Shown here: positions 1-9,633 of the stretch, piece by piece
How the letters are laid out: each line of letters begins with the position of its first letter
Position numbering within the stretch: position 1 is the stretch's first letter
From: a virus
Taxonomy: Duplodnaviria; Caudoviricetes
Virus record (IMG/VR): IMGVR_UViG_3300005239_000048
Span: 1 to 60,053 of that record
Reading direction: 5' to 3' (one strand)
DNA: 60,053 nt
Made by a program: the position numbers and the translations under genes
The notes under the pieces: generated by a model
Told to the model about the DNA's origin: nothing
Seen by the model: only the letters and a program-made list of their open reading frames with translations
The model's database searches: none

Positions 1-173
1 TAGCCATAAGACTTTTGAAGTTCTATTTCGCGGTCTGATATATAATCTATATCGTCTGACTGCTCAAGAACTTCATACTCATTCTCCTTATATCCTTGTA
101 TAAGGGTTACGCGGGTATTAAGATCACGCGTGACGCCTATCTTTTTACCCGGTATGTGATACAAATAATACAT
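1..173 (-). CDS. Partial ORF, possible GIY-YIG-like small protein (runs off window start)
   Basis: Manual translation MYYLYHIPGKKIGVTRDLNTRV...; the Y-x-Y...KIG-x-T-x-x-L-x-x-R pattern resembles the GIY-YIG N-terminus. Confidence 0.4.
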   Translation of the reverse strand, partial: MYYLYHIPGKKIGVTRDLNTRVTLIQGYKENEYEVLEQSDDIDYISDREIELQKSYG

Positions 174-827
174 CTATTTTAATTTATCGTTATACAAATG
201 TAAGTTGTGCGCATGGTGGTAATACCAGCCAGTTGGTATAGACAATCTGTCTGCAACCATTTCCTGCAATGATGCAAACTGATACTGATCATTACAGAAG
301 CCGTACCAGAGATCATTAGAACGCATATAGACAGACATACAAAGCTTATCATCAATGATACTAAACTGAACCGCGTATGTACACGGCGTGTCGAATCTAT
401 AATCGTATATCTCTTTACCGTCGTATATACTTATAGCAGCTTGCCTAGTGCTTTTGTTTTTCTTAAGTATGTCTACTACTTTGCCTAACTGGTTCTCTCT
501 GTTCCATTGCCAACCATAATTAGAGTTGACATTACCATTAGCATCTGCCATACGTTTCCATATCTCAGGTACCTTACCATACAGCTCACCTAACTTACTT
601 ATATTCCTGTTACCAGATAAATACCAAGCCCACTCAGCTGCAGCATATTTCTGGTTCCACTTTCTATATCCTGCTTTTATCTGCTTGTCAGAAGGGTTGT
701 GAATATAAAACCCAACATTAAACAAAGCTTTAGTGTTATCAAAGTCTACACCTTTATCTTTAATTTTGATGTAAAAATAATCAAAAGCTTCGCTTGCTGT
801 TTTAAAATTACTCTTTGTGCTTATCAT
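174..827 (-). CDS. Thymidylate synthase superfamily protein, dCMP hydroxymethylase-like
   Basis: Catalytic PCT, MRSNDLWYGFCND and NSNYG motifs; Asp at the position where ThyA has Asn. Confidence 0.75.
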   Translation of the reverse strand: MISTKSNFKTASEAFDYFYIKIKDKGVDFDNTKALFNVGFYIHNPSDKQIKAGYRKWNQKYAAAEWAWYLSGNRNISKLGELYGKVPEIWKRMADANGNVNSNYGWQWNRENQLGKVVDILKKNKSTRQAAISIYDGKEIYDYRFDTPCTYAVQFSIIDDKLCMSVYMRSNDLWYGFCNDQYQFASLQEMVADRLSIPTGWYYHHAHNLHLYNDKLK

Positions 828-872
828 AATAATATTTATAAAACTTATAAATGTTCTCCCATATCATATCTT

Positions 873-1071
873 TTACATACATATGCTAGGCGACCTGTTT
901 ATTTTACCGTTTAATGTTATATCTATATACCATTCAGCTGGGCCTTTAGCAAAGGGTGATATGTATATCTTATTTCGTATACACCATAGCCTAGCCTCAT
1001 ACTCTTCTTCAGTAGCGGCTATAGCTACCCATATCCCATTCTTTACTTTTCTTATGCCATGCAGCTGCCAT
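873..1071 (-). CDS. Small hypothetical protein; boundaries uncertain, probably indel-affected
   Basis: Coding-like segment (EEEYEARLWCIRNKIYISP) fills the gap between primase-helicase and the TS homolog. Confidence 0.35.
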
Positions 1072-2784
1072 TTATTCCCATGGCATCTTTTCACCATCAG
1101 CAATTGCGTGCTGTACGTGAGGTGCAAACCTACCTGATGCTGGTTGCCATTTGAAATGAGCTTCAGCACCGTTCTCACCTAAGTTTTGAAACTTTACTTT
1201 AAGTATCTTTGCTTTAACGGTTTTCTCTTCGTAGTCTCTGTGAACTAATATACCGTGGTAACTAGCATCGTACCATTCGCCACCACCTTTAATGTTATAC
1301 ATAGTCGGTTCTTCAATCTTACCGTCTTTGTCTTTGTACATCTTAGTTGGGTGCGCTACAATAAACACTAGCACATCATACTTCTTAGCAAACATTTCTA
1401 TCTTAGTTAGATACTCCATGGTGTACCTATTAACGTCTTCTGTTTTGCAGTCAACGTCTCGTACTTTATTAAACGGATCTATAACAAGGCATTTAATACC
1501 TTTACGTTTAACAAGCTCAGCACCTTTACGTAGCACAGACTCAAGCGTGTAACGTTCCATATCAATATGAAAAAAGTTATCGTTACAATGTTCAGCTACT
1601 TGTCTCCACTTGTCTGTACCGATATCCTTCTTAGAAGGCATATCTCCCCAGACTTTACGCATTAGCTTATGAGCATGTAAATATGTCGGCGCATTTTCTG
1701 GACTAGCGAATGCTGTCTTCCAACCATAATTAGCGTTGTACCCAACAACCATTTGGTCGACAAAGTCACTCTTGCCGGAACTAGGGATGCCAGTGACAGT
1801 AATAAATTGACCAGTGTAAGTCGAAAAGATATCATCAAAATTTGGTAAGCCAACTTGATATCCTGGTTTAAAGCCATTCGTAACAAAGTCGGTAACTTCA
1901 TTTTCAATATCCCTGAACGTCGTAACATTCTCAAGCGGTACTGGTCTTGCTCTTGAAATACGCTCTGCCAGTTTTTGTTTTCCATATTTAACTAAGTATT
2001 CATTTGCATCTTTACACTCTTCAAAGTCTGCTAAGAAACAAACTTCAGCACCTAGTCTTCTGACTAGCTCTTGTTGTAATGCTTGACCAGCATCATCAGA
2101 GTCTACTGCTAGTATTACTTTTTCTTTATCTTCAAAATAATCAATACAATTATCTAGATAATCTAGGTTGTTTGTATTAAGCGTTGCTCCGTTTGGTACT
2201 GACAAGGCGTTTTTAATACCAGCCTCGTGTAGAGCTAGCACGTCCATTTCACCTTCAGTTATTACACAATGATCGTAACCAACAATGCTATTGATGTTAT
2301 AAAATACTTTTTCAGCTCCTTTGTAAAGCTTAAAGTTTTTTCTACCATCTCTGTATTTAACATTGATAAGCTGATCACCCATCATGTAATTAAACTGAAT
2401 CGTATTCTCGGTCTTACCGGTCTGTGGCATCCACTCAGGACCTTGACTAACATTAAGATCGTCAAGTGTCCTTTGTGATATACCTCGTGATTCAAACCAC
2501 TCAGTTACTTTGTCTTTAACAGGGCTTAGCTTAACTACATCAGGTCTAACATAGACCTTTTCGCTAGCGCCTTTACGCTGATAAGTATGTAACTGAAAAG
2601 TTGTATTACAATTGTGACAAGTACCGAGACCACGTTCCCAATCATAGCTAGCACATTCTGCTTTCTGATTCTTGGGTTGTCTAGTATGAGAGCAAAGCGG
2701 GCATGTACCCTGTGCCTTGCCTTCTTTAAGACTGTATTGATTGAACTCGTCAATCATATATCCATTGATCTCTGTTGTCTGCAT
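1072..2784 (-). CDS. Primase-helicase (T7 gp4/Twinkle-like)
   Basis: N-terminal Zn finger CPLC...CHNC; TOPRIM ITEGEMD and DSDDAG; Walker A GIPSSGKS; LVIDP; AHPTK. Confidence 0.93.
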   Translation of the reverse strand: MQTTEINGYMIDEFNQYSLKEGKAQGTCPLCSHTRQPKNQKAECASYDWERGLGTCHNCNTTFQLHTYQRKGASEKVYVRPDVVKLSPVKDKVTEWFESRGISQRTLDDLNVSQGPEWMPQTGKTENTIQFNYMMGDQLINVKYRDGRKNFKLYKGAEKVFYNINSIVGYDHCVITEGEMDVLALHEAGIKNALSVPNGATLNTNNLDYLDNCIDYFEDKEKVILAVDSDDAGQALQQELVRRLGAEVCFLADFEECKDANEYLVKYGKQKLAERISRARPVPLENVTTFRDIENEVTDFVTNGFKPGYQVGLPNFDDIFSTYTGQFITVTGIPSSGKSDFVDQMVVGYNANYGWKTAFASPENAPTYLHAHKLMRKVWGDMPSKKDIGTDKWRQVAEHCNDNFFHIDMERYTLESVLRKGAELVKRKGIKCLVIDPFNKVRDVDCKTEDVNRYTMEYLTKIEMFAKKYDVLVFIVAHPTKMYKDKDGKIEEPTMYNIKGGGEWYDASYHGILVHRDYEEKTVKAKILKVKFQNLGENGAEAHFKWQPASGRFAPHVQHAIADGEKMPWE

Positions 2785-2853
2785 TTAATTAATCTTCTAT
2801 TAGTGTTACATTACCGTCGTTATCTGTGTTGATACTAATGTAATCGTTTTCAT

Positions 2854-2943
2854 CTACCATTCTTCTAAACATTTAGGGCATATGTCGCAGTAGTCATAAT
2901 CTTCCTGCGACATTTCCTCATTACACATTTCGCACAGTGGCAT
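2854..2943 (-). CDS. 29-aa Cys-rich (Zn-ribbon-like) miniprotein
   Basis: Manual translation MPLCEMCNEEMSQEDYDYCDICPKCLEEW; start overlaps the stop of the upstream gene. Confidence 0.45.
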   Translation of the reverse strand: MPLCEMCNEEMSQEDYDYCDICPKCLEEW

Positions 2944-3251
2944 TAGAACGGCAAGTCTTCTTCAACAGTTGCCGGCTGTGGTGCTTGTTGTGGTTGATCA
3001 TCACGCGGCGCTGCTGCTACGTTATCACCATTCGTCCATACTACCTGTACATTACCAAGGTAAGTCTTACCCTGTTTCGCATCACGCTCTTCTTTTGTTT
3101 GCGCGACAACGATAGGACCTTGATTACCAAATTGATCTGGTTCGTCATTAATAGTTATTGTTATTGGTAAGTATTTACCTTTCTTACCTGCAATAATTTT
3201 ATCCTTAGGTATTTCAGATAGGTTTATACTTGCTTTAATTATACTTGCCAT
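2943..3251 (-). CDS. Putative single-stranded DNA-binding protein
   Basis: Small beta-rich protein with Q/P linker and acidic C-terminal EEDLPF tail; lies in the replication cluster. Confidence 0.65.
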   Translation of the reverse strand: MASIIKASINLSEIPKDKIIAGKKGKYLPITITINDEPDQFGNQGPIVVAQTKEERDAKQGKTYLGNVQVVWTNGDNVAAAPRDDQPQQAPQPATVEEDLPF

Positions 3252-3430
3252 TATGCGTAGTTATTGATTTGGTTAAACATTCGCTGCAACTGATCTTTAG
3301 TAGCGTTGCTATTGCGTCGTAGATTATCTACTGCTTTAACGTGGTTTTGATTTGCGTAAAAATTGTTTACGTTAGTTTCAACTCCTGTTACTGTACAAAC
3401 CTTAGTTTGATTTTTTCTAGCTCTTGCCAT
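3251..3430 (-). CDS. Hypothetical protein (MARARKNQTKVCTVTG...)
   Basis: Likely ATG at 3430 within ORF 3251-3514; abuts the next gene. Confidence 0.55.
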   Translation of the reverse strand: MARARKNQTKVCTVTGVETNVNNFYANQNHVKAVDNLRRNSNATKDQLQRMFNQINNYA

Positions 3431-3440
3431 AATAATTGGT

Positions 3441-4169
3441 TTAAAGGGTTTCGTTAATAAAAAATTGTGAAGGATCAAAACCTTCTTGTCTATAAAATAA
3501 TTGGTATTGTTCAACTGCTTTCTTTACTTTATCAGCTCCACGCTGTAAAAATTCAGGTGAGCAATCGAATATACCGATTTGATGTGTTGTCTTATCTATC
3601 GCGATAAACAACATCTCGTAACCAAACAACTGTTGGTATATGTAAGCTTGACTGTCGTAGTTATATTTAGATGCTGACCATCTAAACTTATTAAGGTCTG
3701 CTGTTGTCTTCAAATCAATGATAAGTTTCTCATCGTGATTTAATATATCAGCTTTACCTTTCCACAACTCGTTCTCGAGCTCACCAATACCGGGTACTTC
3801 ATAGTCGCAATTGCCTTTAATAAGACCATTGCAAATATCATTTGATAAAACTTTATCAGTCATTAGCTCGATCATATCGACTTCAGACTGAAGCAAGCAT
3901 AACTCACCAGCTGATATCTCTTTGTATGCTTTAGTATTCCTGTTAGACGATTCTACAACCTTAAAGTTTTTAAGCTTTTCAGGTTCTAGTATTGCCGTGT
4001 GAAAATACCCACCAATTAAAAAGGCAGGTATTTGCTTTGACGGTTTACCTAAAGCTAAAGGATCTTTTAAAAGTGTAGATATATCAGAGTTACTAAGGTA
4101 CTGCTTACCGAAGTCGCCATAGTAATGCTCATCAATCTTAAGCTTTTCAATAATCTCATTCTTGCTCAT
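3441..4169 (-). CDS. PD-(D/E)xK exonuclease (RecE/ExoVIII-like)
   Basis: LSNSDI, G.YFHTAILEP, KGKAD...IIDLKTT and Y..QAYIY motifs; adjacent to ERF. Confidence 0.8.
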   Translation of the reverse strand: MSKNEIIEKLKIDEHYYGDFGKQYLSNSDISTLLKDPLALGKPSKQIPAFLIGGYFHTAILEPEKLKNFKVVESSNRNTKAYKEISAGELCLLQSEVDMIELMTDKVLSNDICNGLIKGNCDYEVPGIGELENELWKGKADILNHDEKLIIDLKTTADLNKFRWSASKYNYDSQAYIYQQLFGYEMLFIAIDKTTHQIGIFDCSPEFLQRGADKVKKAVEQYQLFYRQEGFDPSQFFINETL

Positions 4170-4710
4170 ACTTTTTAAGTTGCGCTTTAGCTGGTATAGA
4201 TACCTTGTACTTAGTGTTGATAGCGTTCATTGTGCCACCAGCTTTTATGTACTCCACTGCTTTGTTAAAAGCATCGGTATTTATATCCAACATTGGTTTA
4301 GATTTAGCCGCGGCTTTTCCGTGGTCGTTTGACGCATCTGAGTCTTGCGTATCATCTATTAGGAATAAATTTCCTAACGCGTATTTCTTCCCGTAACTTG
4401 AAGCAGAACCAAACTGCTGCGGTACTTGCATACCTTTCTGAGCTAGATCAACACCAACAACTGCTTTTGCAGATATTGATACTTCACCATCAGAGATAGT
4501 TGCAGTCGACTCAATCATAGGCACGCTATCAAATAACGTTAGCACCTCTTCATTTATCGTGACTGATACTCCTAACTCTAGTAGAAAGGGTTTTGTTGCT
4601 TCAAGGATGTCTTCGGCAGAACGGAAGTAATATTTGCCGAACGAATTAAACCTACTTTTCTTCGATTTAAATTTTGTCTGGATAGTAGCCAGCTTTTCAT
4701 TTAGTGTCAT
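4156..4710 (-). CDS. ERF-family ssDNA annealing protein
   Basis: FNSFGKYYFRSAEDILEA and GSASSYGKKYALGNLFLIDD..DSD motifs. Confidence 0.85.
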   Translation of the reverse strand: MTLNEKLATIQTKFKSKKSRFNSFGKYYFRSAEDILEATKPFLLELGVSVTINEEVLTLFDSVPMIESTATISDGEVSISAKAVVGVDLAQKGMQVPQQFGSASSYGKKYALGNLFLIDDTQDSDASNDHGKAAAKSKPMLDINTDAFNKAVEYIKAGGTMNAINTKYKVSIPAKAQLKKYEQE

Positions 4711-4735
4711 AGGTATATTGGTATTTACTTATTAA

Positions 4736-4764
4736 TATAATTACACATAAAAATACAGTTTTAC
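4736..4764 (-). promoter_or_regulatory. Putative class II phage promoter GTAAA-N15-GTAATTATA
   Basis: Same two boxes and spacing as 14034-14062 and 21266-21294; lies upstream of the ERF-to-primase operon. Confidence 0.55.
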
Positions 4765-4773
4765 AATTATAAC

Positions 4774-5529
4774 TTACAGATAGTCAATCACTTGCGAGTG
4801 ATCTACGTTCTCAATTAATTTCTGTACGGCTTGCTTTTTTAGCTCACTTACGCGCACATAATTGCTTGTACCTTCAATGTTTAATTTAGCCGCGATATCT
4901 TTAGCTTGATGCTTATCGCAGTCGAGTCCATAGCTTAGTCTAAGCACCTCATACTCTTTTTCATTGAGATGCTTTTGAAGTAAGCCTTTGAGATAAATAT
5001 TTAGTAGAGCTATATTGTATGGCTCTGATTTATCTGCTATTTGATGAATCATCAATTCACCTTCGTCGTTAGCTGGTTGCGCGTCTATAGATAAAAATAT
5101 AGAGTTGAAAAACATTGCAACCATCTTATGATCTTTAGGGTTTTTACGTATTTCGTTCATCTTATGCTCAGGTATGCGTATGTCGCCTCTGTGCATATCA
5201 ATACGTCTACGTATAGCACCTTTGATACGTTTGCTGAAGAAACTTTTTAAAGTTTTTTCCATATCATCAGATTCGTTTAGTTTATCCCATTCAAGCTTAT
5301 CAACTGATTTAGTAAGCGCTTCGCCACCTATCTGTATAAGATCGTTTATACTAAGTACGCCCGATGCTTGTTGTGTTGTTGAAAACTTTCGTGCTAGATT
5401 TTCTACAAGCGGCATAAACTTTACAATAAGCTCATCGCGAGTGTACTCGTCCCAAAACGCACCTTCAGGCATAGAAGCTTTTAAGTCTTCTTTGTACCTT
5501 ATATAGTTCTGTACGTTATACTTTTTCAT
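4774..5529 (-). CDS. Phage sigma-70-family factor
   Basis: Region 2 (PLVENLARKF, DLIQIG, RIKGAIRR) and region 4 (LNEKEYEVLRLSYGL...IAAKL...RVSELKKQAVQKL). Confidence 0.88.
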   Translation of the reverse strand: MKKYNVQNYIRYKEDLKASMPEGAFWDEYTRDELIVKFMPLVENLARKFSTTQQASGVLSINDLIQIGGEALTKSVDKLEWDKLNESDDMEKTLKSFFSKRIKGAIRRRIDMHRGDIRIPEHKMNEIRKNPKDHKMVAMFFNSIFLSIDAQPANDEGELMIHQIADKSEPYNIALLNIYLKGLLQKHLNEKEYEVLRLSYGLDCDKHQAKDIAAKLNIEGTSNYVRVSELKKQAVQKLIENVDHSQVIDYL

Positions 5530-6151
5530 CTTCTTTTAGTTGCTGATTTAATAATTCTTTTTCTTTTTTAAGCTCATTACCCATATTACGGTATATAGTT
5601 CTTACTGAGCAATCAAAATACTTAGCAAGCTTATCTACAGTAATAACATCATGTATCTCGTTTAAAGCTAACATAGCATCGTAGATATCATCTTGAGTAA
5701 CTGTTTTGCTTCTACCCATTATGCTACCTACAATGTGTAGCTTTTCAGATGGTGTTAACTGACACGTGTCTTTAAAAATAATCTTACGCATTTTATTACG
5801 TGGAGGTTCTTCTAAGTCATACATGCTAACATCATAGATAATATTCTTTAATAACTGCTCTGATACAGTAAATGTTACAAAACCGTTTTTCTTGTTGCAA
5901 ATATTTCTAGCTACATATTCAAACTCATCTTGGTCCATTGCAGGATTTAGATACCATATAACTAGTAAATGCCATTTTAAAGAACGATACGTTGTAATCT
6001 TAGCTTTAGTCCTAAATAGATCGTAGCACTGATGCGTACCATTATAGTACACTGTACCCCAATCATGCACCTCATCTGGGTGGTCACTAATAGGATCACG
6101 GCGGTATATAATACGGTTACTGTCTAAAAATTTGGTATTTCGGTATGACAT
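5516..6151 (-). CDS. HTH DNA-binding protein, possibly a replication initiator
   Basis: C-terminal HTH ITVDKLAKYFDCSVRTIYRN. Confidence 0.65.
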   Translation of the reverse strand: MSYRNTKFLDSNRIIYRRDPISDHPDEVHDWGTVYYNGTHQCYDLFRTKAKITTYRSLKWHLLVIWYLNPAMDQDEFEYVARNICNKKNGFVTFTVSEQLLKNIIYDVSMYDLEEPPRNKMRKIIFKDTCQLTPSEKLHIVGSIMGRSKTVTQDDIYDAMLALNEIHDVITVDKLAKYFDCSVRTIYRNMGNELKKEKELLNQQLKEDEKV

Positions 6152-6188
6152 TAGCCTATTACTTATTACTATTAGGGGCTGTTGTCAC
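6146..6188. promoter_or_regulatory. Bipartite operator-like site, copy 1
   Basis: TGACATTAG-N19-AGGGGCTGTTGTCAC; near-identical site at 13976-14019. Confidence 0.5.
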
Positions 6189-6280
6189 AGTCCCCGCTGG
6201 TTCTAACGTACATATAATAATATGCTCGTTTATAAAATCATCTTCTTCTCTTAGTCTCATAAATAATTCTTTTGTTTTGC

Positions 6281-6472
6281 TCATTTTAAAAATGTTATTA
6301 GTTTGAGTCGTTTGTTATATTTATGAAATAAATTAACTTTATTTTCATTAACTTTTAACATTAATGCGTCATTAAGTATTTGATACTTTAAATGCCAAAT
6401 GTTAGTTTCTAGATACCTTACGTGGCGTCTTCTTCTTTTGAAAAGCTTTAACTTTTGTTTTAATTTCTCCAT
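6281..6472 (-). CDS. Hypothetical basic protein
   Basis: ORF track; co-oriented with neighbours. Confidence 0.45.
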   Translation of the reverse strand: MEKLKQKLKLFKRRRRHVRYLETNIWHLKYQILNDALMLKVNENKVNLFHKYNKRLKLITFLK

Positions 6473-6583
6473 AATTAACTGATATAATGTGTTGGTATAT
6501 TTTTCTACTCATAGTGTTTATCTAATAAAATGTTAGCAACTTCTTCTGAAATAAGATTATCGTTGTATAATTTCCATATTAAT

Positions 6584-7417
6584 TTACTCATAATTTCTAA
6601 GTGTTTTGTACAGCGGATGTCTGTAGCTACCAGCTTTAGTACGTTCGAAGTACGTAAATGTAGCTAGCTTACCGATGTAGTCGTGAATATTTTCTAGTAT
6701 ATAGCGACGATCAGAGTAGTTGTAACCTTTACCGATTGGACAACCGAACTCGTTACCATCATCATCTATCATTAAGAACTTACCAATAAGACCTGTGAAC
6801 TTACCTTTACCAGCTTCATAGCCAATAATAGTAGCTTCGGTGTCACTAAAGTCTTTAAATTTTTGTAAGTTGTAGCTACGTTTTTGCTCATATGGACCGT
6901 TAAGTCTTAGTATAGAGCCTTCGTAACCTTGTTTTAGAAAGCCATCGTAGTGTACGTTAGCTGCTTCTTCGTATTTATTAACCTGTATAGTTTCAACTGA
7001 TATAACAGAGTCTGACCACAGGTTTTTACTTGACAATAGCCAGTTAAGTCTGTCTTCGTAACTAGGACCTTCAGCTATCATATCGTATACATGGTATTGT
7101 ATTAGTTTATGTGCGTTTAGACGATCCTCGTCAGTTGGTTTTTGTTTTCTGACCAATGATATGATTTGTTCGAAATCGTCTCTTAGATCGTGATTATACA
7201 ACTCACCATCAAGTACAGCGTTAGGCTGATCTTCAAAGAACTTTTCAAGATCTATCTTGATATGTTGTAAGTTGTGAAACTCTTTGCCGGTACGTGAGTA
7301 CGCACCATCTTTAGTAAATATACAGCGCACGCCATCGAGCTTAGGTTGTATAAAAACCTTCTCTGAAAAGTCTATTTTGTTTTCATTTACTTTATGCGCT
7401 AGCATGGGTTTTATCAT
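6584..7417 (-). CDS. ATP-dependent DNA ligase
   Basis: Motif I QPKLDGVR, LDGELY, YD, EGSILR, KFK and C-terminal OB fold. Confidence 0.92.
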   Translation of the reverse strand: MIKPMLAHKVNENKIDFSEKVFIQPKLDGVRCIFTKDGAYSRTGKEFHNLQHIKIDLEKFFEDQPNAVLDGELYNHDLRDDFEQIISLVRKQKPTDEDRLNAHKLIQYHVYDMIAEGPSYEDRLNWLLSSKNLWSDSVISVETIQVNKYEEAANVHYDGFLKQGYEGSILRLNGPYEQKRSYNLQKFKDFSDTEATIIGYEAGKGKFTGLIGKFLMIDDDGNEFGCPIGKGYNYSDRRYILENIHDYIGKLATFTYFERTKAGSYRHPLYKTLRNYE

Positions 7418-7656
7418 AATTTTCCGTATTTAGTTTGTAATCTTTCTATTTTTCTTTTAATTATAGCTGCTTTTTCATATTCTTCTTTGTCTTCATACGT
7501 TGACATTAGGGTCATAAGTCGCGCTAGTTCTCCTACCATTATCTCTTCATCTGTCGCAGGTGGAAACTGAGTAATCTCAAGGTCACCTGATTCAAATAAA
7601 GTTTACGATAATTTTAGTAGCAATTTTATCTGCTAGATAATCTAGTTCTTTTTCTG

Positions 7657-8104
7657 TCATACTAATTCTTCTTTATTGTATTTTTTAAGCGCTGCGTCTG
7701 GTTTACCTACAAATATAACTAAGTCTAGTAATACATCATACACAGACATATAAGTTTCTTCACCTTCTTTAGGAAAAAAAGTGTACACATAATCCGCCCA
7801 GCCATAATCATCATCAATAGGTGATAAATACAAGCCACCTGGTCTATCTTTAAAGTGTTTTATAAACTGAGCCGCAAAACAACCTACGCCATTTGCGAAC
7901 TTATTCAACTCTGGATTCTGCCGATATACCGTTTCCTATGCTAATATCTTTTAGCCATTTAGCATATTCTACTGCCATATATTCAGGATAACCATCATAT
8001 TGCTGATAAATATTCACAAGTGCTAGTTCTGGTTTTTCATGTGCTTTATCATACGCTAAGCCTTCTTGACGTGGTATAATTCGTGTTAGTGATCTAGTTC
8101 CCAT
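7657..8104 (-). CDS. Phage hypothetical protein (MGTRS...YDGYP type), split by an apparent +1 indel near 7915
   Basis: ORFs 7901-8104 and 7657-7908 overlap and join into one protein if one base is removed. Confidence 0.5.
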
Positions 8105-8291
8105 TATCTAAGATATTTTCAATTTTATCTTCCATTTCTACTATATCTTTTGCAAGCTCTAGTATAGTATCTAGACCTCTTCGCTCTGAGTGGCTAAGGT
8201 CTACGTCTACATCGCAGTCAAATAACGTATCTACTACGTCCTGCATATCCATAGAGGTATTTTCATACCTGCAATAACTCATGTTTGGCAT
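8094..8291 (-). CDS. Hypothetical early protein (MPNMSYCRYENT)
   Basis: ORF directly downstream of promoter motif 8305-8337. Confidence 0.65.
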   Translation of the reverse strand: MPNMSYCRYENTSMDMQDVVDTLFDCDVDVDLSHSERRGLDTILELAKDIVEMEDKIENILDNGN

Positions 8292-8304
8292 ATTTATTTT
8301 TATT

Positions 8305-8337
8305 TATTATCCGTTAGTGTTCGTATTTTGTCTGTAA
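8305..8337 (-). promoter_or_regulatory. Class I (early) promoter-like repeat, copy 1
   Basis: TTACAGACAAAATACGA-N8-GGATAATA, 14 nt upstream of ATG 8291. Confidence 0.75.
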
Positions 8338-8501
8338 TCTATTACAAACCCAGCAAAGACAAGTATGTTCATACCAACGCTAGCTAGTATTTCATACAAG
8401 TCATGCCAAGAGTGTATAGATAGGTGGACGTGCCCTACTACCCAAAAAGGTATAGCAAGGTTTTGACTTATCCACACTATTGTGTATTTAAGTAATTTCA
8501 T
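8307..8501 (-). CDS. Small membrane protein
   Basis: Two hydrophobic segments. Confidence 0.55.
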   Translation of the reverse strand: MKLLKYTIVWISQNLAIPFWVVGHVHLSIHSWHDLYEILASVGMNILVFAGFVIDYRQNTNTNG

Positions 8502-8543
8502 AGTGGACGTACAAGAATCGAACTTGTGTTAACCATTACGCCC
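8501..8543 (-). ncRNA. tRNA-Ala-like minihelix (acceptor stem plus T arm only)
   Basis: GGGCGTAATGGTTAACACAAGTTCGATTCTTGTACGTCCACTA: stem GGGCGT/ACGTCC with G3-U70, T arm ACAAG-TTCGATT-CTTGT. Confidence 0.55.
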
Positions 8544-8610
8544 ATTTTAGGTGTGCTCGTATGTTTTTGGGTCGAGTTACAGCGCCACACTCGCGCCCAC
8601 ACCTATTTTT

Positions 8611-8877
8611 TTAGTCTAATAAAGTCATATATGCTGAAGCATTAGCTCTGCGGAACCAGTCTAAACCTCTGCGGTGATCTTTCATTAGCTTTTCAGATCT
8701 AAATCCAGTACGTTCAAGTACCATTGTTAAACCCATAATAAAGTCATACATACTAAGCTCATTTGCATTTAACTCTGCAGGTTCACCTGTAAATATGTTT
8801 TCTACTGTACCACCTTTTGGGTACACGTCGCCATTAAACCATTTCGGTAGTGGCTTCACTTGTGTTTTCGTGCTCAT
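8611..8877 (-). CDS. Hypothetical early protein
   Basis: ORF track; overlapping co-oriented cluster. Confidence 0.6.
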   Translation of the reverse strand: MSTKTQVKPLPKWFNGDVYPKGGTVENIFTGEPAELNANELSMYDFIMGLTMVLERTGFRSEKLMKDHRRGLDWFRRANASAYMTLLD

Positions 8878-9298
8878 ATCCTTGTTCTATTAGTTCGTTT
8901 TCTATTTCTTCTTTAATATCGTTTACCATATTTCCATAAGACTCTTCAACAGCGTCCATGAATGGGTGCCAGTCTAAGTCATCTATATACATATTGTAGC
9001 CTTCTTGTATTGCTTCTGCTATTTCATTTGATAAATCATTTTCATAGTAATGAATATCTTCACCTACACAAACACTGTCAGGATTGTTTGTAGCTATATA
9101 AACTGTATATCCATCTGCAGTTGTTTCTTCGTAGCAATAAAAATCAAAGTGTTTATTACTCCATTGGTCTGAAACCTCGCAGTCATAATGCTTTTCAAGC
9201 AAGTTCCACGCTTTAGTTTCGTCCATATCGTGGTATTCTAAGTACCCTTTAGCCTCTAATTTATCAGTTATTAGCTTATCTGTTATTATTTTTGCCAT
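8834..9298 (-). CDS. Acidic hypothetical protein
   Basis: 154-aa ORF, D/E-rich. Confidence 0.65.
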   Translation of the reverse strand: MAKIITDKLITDKLEAKGYLEYHDMDETKAWNLLEKHYDCEVSDQWSNKHFDFYCYEETTADGYTVYIATNNPDSVCVGEDIHYYENDLSNEIAEAIQEGYNMYIDDLDWHPFMDAVEESYGNMVNDIKEEIENELIEQGYEHENTSEATTEMV

Positions 9299-9633
9299 TG
9301 TTTATTGTAGTAGTTTTTAAGTATATAGTTGAATATAAAGTTTATGCGGTTATCTTCACCGTATATCATCATACGTCTTTTGTTTGTCCAAGATTTAAGT
9401 TCACCTTGTTTGTTTATGAATCTGTAAGGTACTTCGTAGGTAGGATTTATCTGATATCTTGAGTAACAATTTCTGTCAATCCTGACATAACCTGATTGAT
9501 AAGAGGCTAGTGTCACGCGCTTACCTCTCACTTTGTAAGGCAATGCAAACTCTCTAGTACCATTATTCCGCTGTTTAGGCGTCGTAATTTCCTCTACTCC
9601 CAAGTATTTCATCAGCGTAGTTGTATTTTCCAT
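9286..9633 (-). CDS. Hypothetical protein
   Basis: ORF track; overlapping cluster. Confidence 0.6.
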   Translation of the reverse strand: MENTTTLMKYLGVEEITTPKQRNNGTREFALPYKVRGKRVTLASYQSGYVRIDRNCYSRYQINPTYEVPYRFINKQGELKSWTNKRRMMIYGEDNRINFIFNYILKNYYNKQWQK

